In this document: positions 17,225 through 31,477 of the stretch, piece after piece
Numbering within the stretch: position 1 is the stretch's first letter
Layout of the letters: each line of letters begins with the position of its first letter
Assembly: GCA_015486055.1 (NCBI GenBank)
Contig: WFSJ01000024.1
Location: forward strand, 46,829-110,828
Direction: 5' to 3'
Source of the DNA: Acidobacteriota bacterium
GTDB lineage: Bacteria; Acidobacteriota; Aminicenantia; S016-38
DNA length: 64,000 nt
Made by a program: the position numbers and the translations under genes
Notes under the pieces: generated by a model
Databases searched by the model: none
The model's input: the letters and a program-made list of their open reading frames with translations, nothing else
What the model was told of the DNA's origin: nothing

Positions 17225-17683
17225 GATTTTTGAGATTATATCTGTTGAGGAATTTATTTTCTTACTCCCTGCTATAACCGTTTTCGCTCCGATCTTCTTT
17301 GTTATGTCCTTCTCCGGGACTGTATCAGGGGTATAGTCTCCCCCCTTTGCGTGAAAATGAGGCCTTATTTCAAGAATGACTTTCTCAACATTGTTCTCTT
17401 TGAATATAAAGACATAATCAACCCACTTTATTGAAGAAACTATCAGTGCCCTTTCCTCTTCTCCCTGTATTGGCCGTTCTTTTCCCTTTACTCTTTTCAC
17501 TGAGGTATCGCTGTTTATCGCGACAAAAAGAATATCTCCAAATTTTTTTGCCTCCCTGAGATAAACTATATGTCCCTGATGAATTAGGTCAAAGCAACCG
17601 TTGGCAAGGACTATTTTTTTGCCCTTTTCCCTTTCTTCATTTGCTATCTTTATAGCTTCCTGTCTTGATAGAATGATTCCCAA
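17189..17683 (-). CDS. hldC: D-glycero-beta-D-manno-heptose 1-phosphate adenylyltransferase (RfaE domain II type)
   Basis: Cytidylyltransferase HxGH motif (NGCFDLIHQGHIVYL), about 160 aa, immediately downstream of the heptose kinase gene. Confidence 0.8.
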   Translation of the reverse strand: MGIILSRQEAIKIANEEREKGKKIVLANGCFDLIHQGHIVYLREAKKFGDILFVAINSDTSVKRVKGKERPIQGEEERALIVSSIKWVDYVFIFKENNVEKVILEIRPHFHAKGGDYTPDTVPEKDITKKIGAKTVIAGSKKINSSTDIISKILVKYQCDKNET

Positions 17684-18627
17684 TCTTTTACCCCCTTTAC
17701 AAGCTCTTCCTTCGTAATTGAAGCTGCACCTTCCTTCATAACAGATAAGCCCCCTGCAATATTTGCAAGAACAGCTGCAGAGAGAAAGTCGGCTCCGCTT
17801 GCAAGGGAAAGTGTGAAGACCGCTGCTACCGTGTCCCCTGCTCCGGTAACATCAACTATATTCCTTCCCCCGAAGGCTTCAATATGGACTGGTTCTTTAT
17901 CTTTCTGAATTAGCACCAATCCCCTGTTTCCCAGTGTTATTAAAAGGGATTCAAGATTGAGTTTCTCCCTCAAGAACTTTCCGTTTGAGAAAATTTCATC
18001 CATGGAGAGCAAAGGTTTTTCTAATAGATCCTCTGTTTCAGGAATATTTGGGGTAGCAGAGGTTACCCCTCGGAATTCCCTCAATCCTTTTCTTGAATCC
18101 ACGATAATTATTTTTGAATGGCTTTTTATTTTGTTTAACAAATTAGGACATGCAGTTCCATAGCCATAGTCTGAGATTATTATTCCATCATAATCCCCGA
18201 TTTTATCAGTGATTTTGCCTAATTCCTCACCTGAAAAATTTTCCCCCCAATCTATTCTTGCAACCTGCTGTTTTTTTGTGAATTCTCCTCCTGCAAGAAT
18301 TCTCATTTTCCTCAGGGTTTTTCCCTCTCTCAATACCTTATCCTCAATTTCCTTTTCCCTAAGAAGACTTAGTAATTTTTCTCCTTCTCTGTCCTGTCCT
18401 ACTATTCCCACCGCAGTTGTTCTAACCCCTAAGGAAGCTAAATTTTTTGCAGTGTTAGCTGCTCCCCCAAGCTCATACCTTTCCCATTCAAATTTGAGGA
18501 TTGGTATCGGGGCTTCCCTTGAGATCCTATTTGCATAACCATGGATGTAATGGTCAAGGATTAAATCTCCCCACACGAGAATTTTTTTGTTTCTGAAATT
18601 CTTAATTATGCTTCTCAACGCCACCAT
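17650..18627 (-). CDS. hldA: D-glycero-beta-D-manno-heptose 7-phosphate kinase (RfaE domain I type, PfkB family)
   Basis: PfkB ribokinase fold. ILVWGDLILDHY N-terminus, GGAANTA and DVTGAGDT motifs. Paired with hldC. Confidence 0.8.
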   Translation of the reverse strand: MVALRSIIKNFRNKKILVWGDLILDHYIHGYANRISREAPIPILKFEWERYELGGAANTAKNLASLGVRTTAVGIVGQDREGEKLLSLLREKEIEDKVLREGKTLRKMRILAGGEFTKKQQVARIDWGENFSGEELGKITDKIGDYDGIIISDYGYGTACPNLLNKIKSHSKIIIVDSRKGLREFRGVTSATPNIPETEDLLEKPLLSMDEIFSNGKFLREKLNLESLLITLGNRGLVLIQKDKEPVHIEAFGGRNIVDVTGAGDTVAAVFTLSLASGADFLSAAVLANIAGGLSVMKEGAASITKEELVKGVKDWESFYQDRKL

Positions 18628-18695
18628 AGAAAAATAACAAAAAATGGGATTTTTTCAAAGAGACTAAAAGTTATAAAATTCTCGAAGGAGGAAAA

Positions 18696-19901
18696 ATGGA
18701 AAGAGAAGAGTTATTTGAAAAAATCTCGGTGAAAAACGAGAAGAGGATTGTATTAATAGTTCTGGATGGACTTGGAGGTATACCTTATTTAGAAGGGAAA
18801 ACAGAGCTTGAAAAGGCTGCTACACCGAATCTTGACAGATTAGCAAAAGAGGGTTCATGCGGCCTGTCTATTCCAATTTCATATGGGATAACTCCTGGCT
18901 CAGGCCCTGCTCATCTATCACTGTTTGGATACGACCCTCTAAAATACGAAATAGGAAGGGGAGTTTTAGAGGCCCTTGGATTAGGGATGGAAATAACTAA
19001 GGAGGATGTGGCAGTAAGGGGAAATTTCGCCACCATAGAAAGTGGAATCATAACAGATAGAAGGGCGGGAAGAATACCAACAGATATGAATAGAGACCTT
19101 ATTCTCCTTCTTTCTAAGAATATAGATGAAATAAATGGGGTAAAAGTCATATTAAAATCAGGAAGAGAACACAGGTTCGCCCTTTTGCTCAGAGGGAAGG
19201 GTCTTTCCGATGAGGTTTCAGATGGCGATCCTCAGAAGGAGGGTCTCCCGCAGAAATTTCCTGAACCCCTATCCAATAGGGGAAGAAAAACAGCGGAGAT
19301 AGCATCAAAATTTGTGAAATTAACAGAGGAAATTCTCAAGGATAAACGTCCAGCAAATACAGTTCTTCTCAGAGGCTTTTCCCTTTATCCAGAGCTCCCA
19401 TCTATGGAGAGGATGTTTAAACTGAATCCAGCTGCCATAGCCACATATCCCATGTATAAGGGACTTGCAAGGCTGGTAGGAATGAAAATACTGGACAGTG
19501 GGGAGAAAGTTGAGGATGAAATTGAAACCCTAAAATCCAATTGGGAAAAGCATGATTTCTTTTATTTTCATGTGAAGAAGACTGATAGCTATGGGGAGGA
19601 TGGGAACTTTCATAAGAAGGTAGAGCTCATAGAAAAATTTGACTCTCTTCTTCCTGAGATTCTTTCCCTTAAGCCGGATGTTCTCGTTGTAACTGGCGAT
19701 CATTCAACCCCTGCTAAAATGAAAAGCCACTCTTGGCATCCTGTTCCTTTCCTTCTCAAGTCTGATTATTCCTTTGATGATGGCCTCAGGGGATTTAACG
19801 AGAGAGAATGCAAGAAGGGAAGCTTGGGAATATTCCATGCCCTTGATGTAATGGCTTTAATGCTTGCCAATTCTCAGAAGTTAGAGAAATTTGGCGCTTA
19901 G
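18696..19901 (+). CDS. apgM: cofactor-independent phosphoglycerate mutase, archaeal ApgM type
   Basis: IVLDGLGG N-terminus, TGDHSTP metal-site motif, about 400 aa. AAGGAGG SD upstream. Confidence 0.8.
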   Translation: MEREELFEKISVKNEKRIVLIVLDGLGGIPYLEGKTELEKAATPNLDRLAKEGSCGLSIPISYGITPGSGPAHLSLFGYDPLKYEIGRGVLEALGLGMEITKEDVAVRGNFATIESGIITDRRAGRIPTDMNRDLILLLSKNIDEINGVKVILKSGREHRFALLLRGKGLSDEVSDGDPQKEGLPQKFPEPLSNRGRKTAEIASKFVKLTEEILKDKRPANTVLLRGFSLYPELPSMERMFKLNPAAIATYPMYKGLARLVGMKILDSGEKVEDEIETLKSNWEKHDFFYFHVKKTDSYGEDGNFHKKVELIEKFDSLLPEILSLKPDVLVVTGDHSTPAKMKSHSWHPVPFLLKSDYSFDDGLRGFNERECKKGSLGIFHALDVMALMLANSQKLEKFGA

Positions 19902-19913
19902 AAAGCTTAGAAA
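19896..19913 (+). repeat. perfect 9-bp tandem direct repeat GCTTAGAAA x2
   Basis: 19896-19904 and 19905-19913 are identical. The repeat spans the apgM stop codon and lies at the -35 position relative to TATAAT 19931-19936 upstream of hrcA. Confidence 0.7.
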
Positions 19914-19930
19914 ATAGTTAAAATATGTAA

Positions 19931-19936
19931 TATAAT
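19931..19936 (+). promoter_or_regulatory. consensus -10 box TATAAT 10 nt upstream of the hrcA ATG
   Basis: TATAAT at 19931-19936. TTAGAA at 19907-19912 as a weak -35 (N18). No SD before ATG 19947. Confidence 0.35.
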
Positions 19937-19946
19937 TTTAAATAGA

Positions 19947-20921
19947 ATGGGAAAAGAACTTAATTTTAGAGAAAGAGAGGTCCTGAGGATTATAGTAGAG
20001 ATATATACTGAGGAAGGGAAGCTCTCTAATTCTTTTTCCGTAGCAGGGAGACTTCCTTTCAGAATGTCCCCATCGGCTGTGAGACAAGTTATGGCATCTT
20101 TGGAGACAAAGGGATATCTTTCCTTATCCACGAGGAAGGGGAGATTCCCAACAAACCTTGCATTAAAAATATATATAAATAACTTAATAAGAGTTAAACC
20201 CTGGAGGCAAGTTGAGGGGAAATTTCAGATGAAGACAAGTGAGGATATGAATCTTATGATAAAAGAGGCAGCAGCCCTTCTCAGCGAGGAGTCCCAGAAC
20301 CTTTCTCTTTTAGTTTCTCCATCTATATTCTATGTTCCATTTTCCCATGTAAGTTTCATAAGGGTCCAGGAGAACACCTTTCTCCTTTTATTGAGGTCAC
20401 TTAAAGGCTTAATAATTACGAAGACTATAAGGATTGACAGAGATTATACCCAGAACAAGCTTGACGAGATTTCCAATATCCTTGAAAAGTTTAAAGGAAG
20501 AACCCTGAGGGAAGTAATGGATTTCATAGAGGAAGGTATATACAGAGGGAGTAGGAGTTTAAAAGAAATTATAAGGAAAATGAGGGAATTGGTGGGGGAA
20601 GGAGATTTATATGTTGAGGGAGAATCCCTTATATTTGAAAGATTGAGGGGAAACTTAGAGAAGATAAAAGGCATCCTAAAAATATTTGAGGAAAAGAAGG
20701 AAGTGCTAAAATTCTTAAATAAACTTGAGTTAGGGGGAAAAATTGAAGTAGTCTGGGGAGAACAGATTCCTTTTCCTTATGGGAAGGATTGTGTATTTCT
20801 CCTTTATCCCTACTTGCCGAAGGGGGTTATGGCAGTATTTGGCCCAAAAAATATGAGCTATTCTAAGTCCCTTGCTGCACTTGATAATCTTGGAGGGTAT
20901 CTCAGGAGTGTTATCTATTAA
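19947..20921 (+). CDS. hrcA: heat-inducible transcription repressor HrcA
   Basis: N-terminal wHTH (REREVLRIIVEIYTEEG....SPSAVRQVMASLETKGYL). Position directly upstream of grpE-dnaK-dnaJ. Confidence 0.85.
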   Translation: MGKELNFREREVLRIIVEIYTEEGKLSNSFSVAGRLPFRMSPSAVRQVMASLETKGYLSLSTRKGRFPTNLALKIYINNLIRVKPWRQVEGKFQMKTSEDMNLMIKEAAALLSEESQNLSLLVSPSIFYVPFSHVSFIRVQENTFLLLLRSLKGLIITKTIRIDRDYTQNKLDEISNILEKFKGRTLREVMDFIEEGIYRGSRSLKEIIRKMRELVGEGDLYVEGESLIFERLRGNLEKIKGILKIFEEKKEVLKFLNKLELGGKIEVVWGEQIPFPYGKDCVFLLYPYLPKGVMAVFGPKNMSYSKSLAALDNLGGYLRSVIY

Positions 20922-20932
20922 GGAGGTGACCA

Positions 20933-21490
20933 ATGAGTGATGAGGAAATCCGTGATGATGAAATAGAGAAGAAAGAGGAAGCAGAGGAAAATTCTCTTCG
21001 TGAATGCCTTGAAATGATGAAGAACCTTGAGAGCGAAAAGGAAAAGCTCGAAAAGGAAAATGCAGAACTTTTGAATAAATACCTTATGAAACTTGCCGAT
21101 TTTGACAACTTCAAAAAGAGAATGAAGAAGGAAATGCAAGAATTCCAGGAGTTTGCTATTTCTGATTTTATAGTCCGTCTCCTTGAGGTAATAGATAATT
21201 TTGAAAGGGCTATTAGAGAATATGATGAGGAAAATCCGGAGAGCTTTAGAGAAGGAGTGAACCTTATTTATAAACAATTCAAATCTCTTCTCCAAAAGGA
21301 GGGAGTGAAGGAACTCGAAGTTAAGGAGGACTTTGACCCAAACTATCATCAGGCAATAGACAAAGAGGAAAGGGAGGACATAGAGGATGTGAAAATAGCG
21401 GAGATTTATCAGAAGGGCTACACAATTAAGGGAAGGCTACTTAGGCCCGCTCTTGTTAAAGTATATGTGCCTAAAAGGGAGGAAGTCTGA
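20933..21490 (+). CDS. grpE: nucleotide exchange factor GrpE
   Basis: Coiled-coil N-terminus, [10 protein letters not shown] and DNFERA motifs, [20 protein letters not shown]. Confidence 0.92.
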   Translation: MSDEEIRDDEIEKKEEAEENSLRECLEMMKNLESEKEKLEKENAELLNKYLMKLADFDNFKKRMKKEMQEFQEFAISDFIVRLLEVIDNFERAIREYDEENPESFREGVNLIYKQFKSLLQKEGVKELEVKEDFDPNYHQAIDKEEREDIEDVKIAEIYQKGYTIKGRLLRPALVKVYVPKREEV

Positions 21491-23316
21491 TGGAGATAAC
21501 CCTTGGAATTGATCTTGGCACCACAAATTCCTGTGTGGCTTATCTTGAAGGAGGCAGACCTCTTGTCATTCCAAACAAAGAGGGCGGAAGAGTGACTCCT
21601 TCTGTGGTGGCTTTTCTTAAGAACGGTGAAAGGCTTGTTGGACAGATTGCGAAAAGGCAGATGCTTTTAAATCCGGAAAGGACCGTTTCCGCAGTTAAAA
21701 GACTGATGGGAAGGAAGTTTAACTCGCCTGAAGTAGGTTCTTTAAAAGAAAGGTTACCTTATAAGTTAGTGGAGGCCGAAAATGGTGATATATGGGTTGA
21801 AGTGGGTGGGAAGAGATACGCTCCCCCTGAAATTTCTGCGCTTATCCTTACCTATTTGAGGGAATGTGCGGAGGAGAAATTAGGTAAAAAGATTGAAAAG
21901 GCAGTTGTGACAGTTCCCGCATATTTTAACGATGCCCAGAGGCAGGCTACCAAGGATGCGGGCAAAATAGCTGGTCTTGATGTTATAAGAATAATAAATG
22001 AGCCTACTGCAGCTTCTCTTGCCTATGGTTTTGAAAAGGAAAGAAACGAGATAATAGCGATTTATGACTTTGGAGGTGGAACTTTTGATATGACCATTCT
22101 TGAAGTAAGAGAAGGGGTTTTTAATGTGCTTTCCACTTCAGGGAATACTTTCCTTGGCGGGGAAGATTTTGATGCAAGGATAATGAACTGGCTTATAGAC
22201 GAATTCAAAACCGAGACAGGGATAGATCTTTCCCATGATAATTTGGCGATTCAAAGGCTGAAGGATGCAGCGGAAAAGGCTAAAATTGAGCTTTCATCAG
22301 TTGAGGAGGTTGAGATAAACCTTCCATTTATAGCAACCGACGAGACAGGGGTTAAACACCTTACAAGGAGGCTTACAAGGGAGAAACTTGAATCCTTAGT
22401 CGAGGATATTATAATCAGAACAAAGGAACCCATGGAGAGAGCTTTGAAGGATGCAGATATACTTGTAGAGGATATCTCCAGAGTAATTTTGGTAGGGGGG
22501 CAGACGCGGATGCCCAGAATTATTCAGGAGGTAAAGGAATTTTTCGGGAAGGACCCTTACAGGGATATAAATCCCGACGAGGTAGTTTCCATAGGGGCTG
22601 CCCTTCAAGGTGGGGTGATCTCGGGAGAGGTAAAAGATATTGTTCTTCTTGATATAACTCCTCTTTCCTTGGGAGTTGAGACGAAGAACGACACATTTAC
22701 TGTCATTATCCCCAGGAATACGACTATACCCACGAAGAAAAGCATGATATTTACAACAACAGCGGACAATCAGACGAAGGTAAGGGTTCATGTTCTCCAA
22801 GGAGAGAGAGAGATAGCCTCGGAGAACAAGAGCCTCGGCAATTTCGACCTTGTTGGTATAGCGCCAGCCCCCAAGGGAATTCCTCAAATAGAAGTGACTT
22901 TCGAGATAGATGTGGACGGCATAGTAAAAGTTACGGCGAGAGACAGGGACACAGGTAAGGAACAGACCATGGAAATTCATCCTTCATCCGGGCTTACCCC
23001 TCAGGAAATAGAGAAGATGATAGAGGATGCGAAAAAATACAAAGAGCTTGATAGGAAGAGGAAGAGGGAAAAAGGGAAGAGAGCTGAGATAGAAGCCATC
23101 ATCTCTGCTCTTGAAAACTTTTATAACAAATTTAAGAACAAGCTCTCCTCCGAAAAGAAAATAGAAATAATGGACGCAGTCAGTGAGGGTAAATCAGTAT
23201 TGAATGATGAAAATATTGAGCTTGAGAAACTTGAAGAAATTTATGGGACTCTGAAATCCTTCAGCGAAGACCTCGAAAGGGCTATTGTTGATACTCTTGA
23301 AAAGGAAGCTCAATGA
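21490..23316 (+). CDS. dnaK: molecular chaperone DnaK (Hsp70)
   Basis: [20 protein letters not shown] and [11 protein letters not shown] signatures. 608 aa. Confidence 0.97.
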   Translation: MEITLGIDLGTTNSCVAYLEGGRPLVIPNKEGGRVTPSVVAFLKNGERLVGQIAKRQMLLNPERTVSAVKRLMGRKFNSPEVGSLKERLPYKLVEAENGDIWVEVGGKRYAPPEISALILTYLRECAEEKLGKKIEKAVVTVPAYFNDAQRQATKDAGKIAGLDVIRIINEPTAASLAYGFEKERNEIIAIYDFGGGTFDMTILEVREGVFNVLSTSGNTFLGGEDFDARIMNWLIDEFKTETGIDLSHDNLAIQRLKDAAEKAKIELSSVEEVEINLPFIATDETGVKHLTRRLTREKLESLVEDIIIRTKEPMERALKDADILVEDISRVILVGGQTRMPRIIQEVKEFFGKDPYRDINPDEVVSIGAALQGGVISGEVKDIVLLDITPLSLGVETKNDTFTVIIPRNTTIPTKKSMIFTTTADNQTKVRVHVLQGEREIASENKSLGNFDLVGIAPAPKGIPQIEVTFEIDVDGIVKVTARDRDTGKEQTMEIHPSSGLTPQEIEKMIEDAKKYKELDRKRKREKGKRAEIEAIISALENFYNKFKNKLSSEKKIEIMDAVSEGKSVLNDENIELEKLEEIYGTLKSFSEDLERAIVDTLEKEAQ

Positions 23317-24371
23317 AGAGAGATTATTATGAAATCCTTGGGGTAGGAAGAGAAGCTTCACAGGAAGAGATTAAAAAAGCATATAGAAGGCTTGCCCTTA
23401 AATACCATCCTGACAGAAACCAGGGAAGCAGGGACTCAGAGGAAAAATTTAAGGAAGTAGTAGAAGCATATTCGGTTCTTTCCGATCCTGAAAAGAGGAG
23501 GACCTACGACCTTTATGGTCATCAGGGACTTGAAGGAAGATTTGATTTCCAGAGTAATTGGGGTGATTTCTTTACAGGGTTTGATGATATTATCTCCTCC
23601 TTCTTTGGTTTTGGAAGGAAGGAAAGTTCAAGAGAGAGGGGTGATGATATCTGGGTTGAAGCTGAGCTAAGCCTTGAGGAAGCAGCCATGGGGGTTGAAA
23701 AAGAGGTTGAAATTGAGAGATGGTCCCTCTGCGAGCACTGTGGGGGGTCCGGTGCTGAGCCTGGAAGTGGAATGAAGAAATGTCCAATGTGTGGAGGAAC
23801 AGGAAAGGTAATAGAGGGTCATCTTTTTGTGAGGTTTTCAAGAACATGCCCAAAGTGCGGTGGAAAAGGCTTTGTTCCAAAGGAGCGGTGTAAAGTTTGT
23901 GGAGGTTCGGGATTTGTTCGCCAGAGAAAAAAGATGAAGGTGAGAATTCCAGCAGGTATAGATGATGGGAGCAGACTCGTGTTGAGAGGAGAAGGAGATA
24001 TAGGTAAAAATGGTGGTCCGAGAGGTGACCTTTATGTTGTGATGAGGGTGAAGAAACATCAAGTTTTCACTAGAGAAGGTTCAAATCTATATATGAACTT
24101 AAAAATAGATTATCTCACTGCCATCCTCGGCGGAAAGGTAAACTTAAAGGATCTTTATGGAGAGAATTTCACCCTTGAGATTTCAGGGGGTACCCAGCCG
24201 GGAACAGTTATAAGAGTGAGGAAAAGGGGAATGCCGGAGATGAGAGAGAAAAGTAAAGGAGACCTATTCGTTAAAATATATGTGGAAATACCAAGGAAAT
24301 TGTCAAGGAAGGAGAGAGAGTACCTTCAGAAGCTCAAAAGTCTTAAAGAAGGTGAAAGACTTTTCAACTGA
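23313..24371 (+). CDS. dnaJ: molecular chaperone DnaJ
   Basis: J domain with HPD (KYHPDRN). Four CxxCxGxG zinc motifs: [32 protein letters not shown]. Confidence 0.95.
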   Translation: MKRDYYEILGVGREASQEEIKKAYRRLALKYHPDRNQGSRDSEEKFKEVVEAYSVLSDPEKRRTYDLYGHQGLEGRFDFQSNWGDFFTGFDDIISSFFGFGRKESSRERGDDIWVEAELSLEEAAMGVEKEVEIERWSLCEHCGGSGAEPGSGMKKCPMCGGTGKVIEGHLFVRFSRTCPKCGGKGFVPKERCKVCGGSGFVRQRKKMKVRIPAGIDDGSRLVLRGEGDIGKNGGPRGDLYVVMRVKKHQVFTREGSNLYMNLKIDYLTAILGGKVNLKDLYGENFTLEISGGTQPGTVIRVRKRGMPEMREKSKGDLFVKIYVEIPRKLSRKEREYLQKLKSLKEGERLFN

Positions 24372-25036
24372 TGCACGGTATCTTTATCGAAGCTTTAAAA
24401 GAAGGGGAGATGAGGATATATAATGAGGAGAATAAGCACCTGAAAGTTGTAAGGGCAAAGAAGGGTGAAAGAGTTTATTTAACAGATGGAAAGGGCAATC
24501 ACTCCATTGGGACCATAACTCATCTGGGGAAAAATTTTTCCTCTATTGAGGTAGAGAAAGTGAAAAGGTCCAAGAAGGAAAAGGAACTTTTCCTTTTCCT
24601 TTCAATTATTGACCAATCAAGGGCAGAAATGATAGTTGAAAAAGGGACAGAACTCGGGGTATCGGGGTTTCTCTTTTTCCCTTCCCAGAGAAGCCAGAAG
24701 AAAGCCCTGAGAGTTGAAAGACTTATAAGAAGAGCGAAGGAAGCGGTAAAGCAATCAAAAAACCCGTTTCTTCCTCAAATTAAAAAATTAGCTTCCTTTG
24801 AGGAAGCAATTGAAGCTTCGAAAGAATATGAGAGCAAATATTTCCTTGACTTAAATGGGGGAAATCTCATAAAGAGCAAAAGGGCAATCTGCTTTGTCGG
24901 ACCCGAAGGTGGGTGGATGGAAGAAGAGGTCAGAAATTTTAAAAACAGAGGTTTCAAGAGGATAAGAATCGGGGAAAATACTCTAAGGAGTGAAACCGCT
25001 GCGATAGCCTTTTCCTCTCTTTTTATGCTATCATAA
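24371..25036 (+). CDS. rsmE: 16S rRNA (uracil1498-N3)-methyltransferase RsmE
   Basis: PUA-like N-terminus (HLKVVRAKKGERV.LTDG). C-terminal SPOUT block VGPEGGW...E...........G...LR.ETAA. TGATG overlap with dnaJ. Confidence 0.85.
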   Translation: MHGIFIEALKEGEMRIYNEENKHLKVVRAKKGERVYLTDGKGNHSIGTITHLGKNFSSIEVEKVKRSKKEKELFLFLSIIDQSRAEMIVEKGTELGVSGFLFFPSQRSQKKALRVERLIRRAKEAVKQSKNPFLPQIKKLASFEEAIEASKEYESKYFLDLNGGNLIKSKRAICFVGPEGGWMEEEVRNFKNRGFKRIRIGENTLRSETAAIAFSSLFMLS

Positions 25037-25040
25037 AAGG

Positions 25041-25964
25041 GTGATACTTACCGGGAAAAGATTAGGAAGGTATAAGATCCTGAGGCTTATAGGCTCCGGT
25101 GGATTCGGCACAGTTTACCTTGCATTAGATACATGGCTTGCTCAGGAAGTAGCTATTAAGGTGCCTCATCGCCAAGAAGAGAATCTTGTGGAACTTGTTA
25201 AGGAAGCGAGACTTCAGGCTTTCCTCAAGCATCCTAATATAGCCAGCCTTTTGACTGTTGATAAAAGAGAGGGGATATTTTTTATGGTGATTGAATATGT
25301 GGAAGGTTCGGATCTTGAAACAATAATAAAGAGAAAGAAAAGGTTATCCTTAAATACCTCGCTCAATTATCTTTCCCAGATATTAGATGCAGTAGCTTTT
25401 GCGCACAGCAAGAAAGTTATCCATAGAGATCTTCGTCCCTCAAATATATTAATTTCAAAGGAAGGAACTGTTAAAATAACTGATTTTGGGACTTCTAAGT
25501 TCATGGAAAAAACCTTTGCTTCCACAAGGATTGGGTCTCCCCCCTATATGGCTCCTGAACAATTTGAAGGGAGAGCTATTTTCGCCTCTGATATATATTC
25601 TGTTGGTTGCATAATCTACGAAATGCTTACAGGAAGGGTTCCAATATATTCTTCAAACCCAAAGGAAATATATAGCATGGCAAAGGAGGGGAAAATTGAC
25701 CCTCTCAGGAAATATGTAAGTTCAATTCCCATTGATGTAGAAGAAATGGTTTTAAAGGCTTTAATGAAGGATCCGACTGAGAGATATTCCTCCGCCGAAG
25801 AATTTCTTGAGGTTGTAAGGTCTTTTTTCTCAAAGAAAAGCTCAAATCACTCTATGATAAAAACTGCCACTTCTTTCAAGCAAGGCAAAATTAAATGTTG
25901 GAATTGTGGTAGAATTATTCCAGAAGGGTCAAAAATTTGTCCCTATTGCGGGGAAATACAATAG
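25041..25964 (+). CDS. Hanks-type Ser/Thr protein kinase with C-terminal zinc ribbon
   Basis: GSGGFGTVY, VAIKV, HRDLRPSNILI, DFGTSK and PPYMAPE motifs. C-terminal CWNCG...CPYCG. GTG start. No TM or PASTA segments. Confidence 0.88.
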   Translation: MILTGKRLGRYKILRLIGSGGFGTVYLALDTWLAQEVAIKVPHRQEENLVELVKEARLQAFLKHPNIASLLTVDKREGIFFMVIEYVEGSDLETIIKRKKRLSLNTSLNYLSQILDAVAFAHSKKVIHRDLRPSNILISKEGTVKITDFGTSKFMEKTFASTRIGSPPYMAPEQFEGRAIFASDIYSVGCIIYEMLTGRVPIYSSNPKEIYSMAKEGKIDPLRKYVSSIPIDVEEMVLKALMKDPTERYSSAEEFLEVVRSFFSKKSSNHSMIKTATSFKQGKIKCWNCGRIIPEGSKICPYCGEIQ

Positions 25965-27111
25965 GAGGGTGATATGCATATAAACGAGATTTTAAAAATA
26001 GGCGTTGAAAGAAATGCGTCTGATGTTCACCTTAAAGTGGGCAATTTTCCAACTTTAAGGATAGATGGAACCCTTGTCCCTTTAGCTGAGCTCAATAAGA
26101 GACTTATGCCGGAAGATACTCTTGCTATGGCCCTTACAATAATGAACCAAAGGCAGAAACAGATATTCAAGGATACCCACGATATAGATATGGCATACAG
26201 TGTTCCTGGGCTTGGAAGATTCAGGGTGAATGTGTTTTATCAAAGGAGCAGTGTTGGATTAGTTCTCAGGGTTATTCCAACAAAAATAAAAAGCGTCAAG
26301 GAACTTAATCTTCCCCCTGTAATAGAAAAAATAGCTTCTGAAGAAAGGGGATTGGTCCTTGTTACTGGAACTACAGGTTCAGGTAAGAGCACAACTCTTG
26401 CTGCTATGATAGAGCACATAAACCAGCACAAAAAGTGCCATATAATGACAATAGAAGATCCCATAGAGTATCTTTTCAGGGACAAGAAGTCCATGATAAA
26501 CCAGAGAGAAGTGGGTAGCGATGTGCAAAACTTTCTCCATGGTTTAAGAGAAGCCCTTCGTGAGGATCCTGATGTTATCCTTGTGGGAGAAATGAGAGAT
26601 CTTGAGACGATAGAGACTGCTTTAATAGCTGCAGAGACAGGACACCTTGTTCTCTCAACCCTTCATACCCTTGATGCTACAGAGACAGTAAACAGGATAA
26701 TAGGTATATTCCCTCCCACCCAGCAGAGACAGATAAGGATTCAGCTTGCTGCAGTTGTGAAAGCGGTAATTTCCATGAGGTTGATCCCGAGAAAAGATAA
26801 AGAAGGGAGGGTTCCTGCTGTAGAGGTTATGATTGCCACCCCATACATAAAAGATTGTATTCTCAATAAGGAAAAAACATTTCTTGTTCCTGATGCCATC
26901 GCCAAAGGAACATCTCAATACGGTATGCAGACATTTGATCAGTCCCTCTATTATCTTTATGAGAAGAAGTTAATTTCCATTGCAGAAGCGATGAGATGGG
27001 CAAGCAATCCCAATGAGTTCAAGCTAAAGCTCATGGGAGTCAAATCTGCCGCCGATATTTCAAAAGAAGAGATGGAGGAAGAGCTCAACAAGGATGTAGA
27101 TTTTAATCTTG

Positions 27112-30777
<3,666 letters not shown>

Positions 30778-30780
30778 ATC

Positions 30781-30810
30781 TTGACAAATTTGGTAGACTT
30801 TATGTGAAAT
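30781..30810 (+). promoter_or_regulatory. candidate promoter TTGACA-N18-TGAAAT upstream of the PDO gene
   Basis: Perfect -35 at 30781-30786 in the 54-bp spacer. -10-like TGAAAT at 30805-30810. GGAGGG SD at 30821-30826. Confidence 0.35.
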
Positions 30811-30831
30811 TATAGATATCGGAGGGAATTT

Positions 30832-31473
30832 ATGGCATTTTTAGAGGAGAAAGACAGAAAAGAGGTGAAGAAAATACTTCAAGAGATAGAGAATCCTGTT
30901 AAACTTGTTGTTTTTAAGAGAAATGAAGGGTGCTTATACTGCCAGGAAGCAGCCATGCTCCTGGATGAGGTGTCCCAGCTTCATGAAAAGGTTTCGCTTG
31001 AAATAATAGATACAGATGAGTCGCCGAAAGATATAGTGGAATTTGATATAGATAAGGTTCCAGCAGTCGCAGTTGTTGGAAAGAAGGATTATGGAATAAG
31101 GTTTTTCGGACTCCCTGCAGGGTATGAATTCTCAGCCCTTCTTGGAGATATAATAGATGCGTCCAAGGGCGATTCTGGCCTTGCGGATAGGTCAAGGAAA
31201 GAACTCGGGAAAATAGATTTTCCTGTAAGGATCCAGGTTTTTGTTACTCCTTCCTGTCCGTATTGTCCAACTGCAGTGAGAATGGCACATAAATTCGCCA
31301 TAGAAAATGAGAATATAACTGGGGAAATGGTAGAGGCTCAGGAATTTCCTGAGCTTGCTCAGAAATACGAAGTTTATGCAGTCCCAAAGATGATAGTCAA
31401 CGATGAAGTTGAATTTGAGGGTGCGCTCCCTGAGCCAAATTTTGTAAAACAGGTTCTAAGAATCCTGAAATGA
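30832..31473 (+). CDS. two-domain protein disulfide oxidoreductase (glutaredoxin-like, PDO type)
   Basis: Two thioredoxin-fold units, each with CxxC (CLYC and CPYC). About 210 aa, as in PDOs of hyperthermophilic archaea and Aquifex. GGAGGG SD. Confidence 0.75.
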   Translation: MAFLEEKDRKEVKKILQEIENPVKLVVFKRNEGCLYCQEAAMLLDEVSQLHEKVSLEIIDTDESPKDIVEFDIDKVPAVAVVGKKDYGIRFFGLPAGYEFSALLGDIIDASKGDSGLADRSRKELGKIDFPVRIQVFVTPSCPYCPTAVRMAHKFAIENENITGEMVEAQEFPELAQKYEVYAVPKMIVNDEVEFEGALPEPNFVKQVLRILK

Positions 31474-31477
31474 CCTT

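Noticed and set aside
18628-18695. Leaderless-type promoter for hldA (TGtTATTTT, 3 nt, ATG 18627), and similarly TAATAA-N6-ATG for uppS (56106-56118)
   Set aside because: The spacing (3 nt) or hexamer quality (no terminal T) is too poor to count with the other nine cases.
22396-22980. 194-aa ORF antisense to dnaK
   Set aside because: The sense frame encodes an unmistakable Hsp70. Long stop-free antisense frames are a known by-product of purine-rich (GAA/AAG/GGA) codon usage, and the product has no motif and a low-complexity composition.
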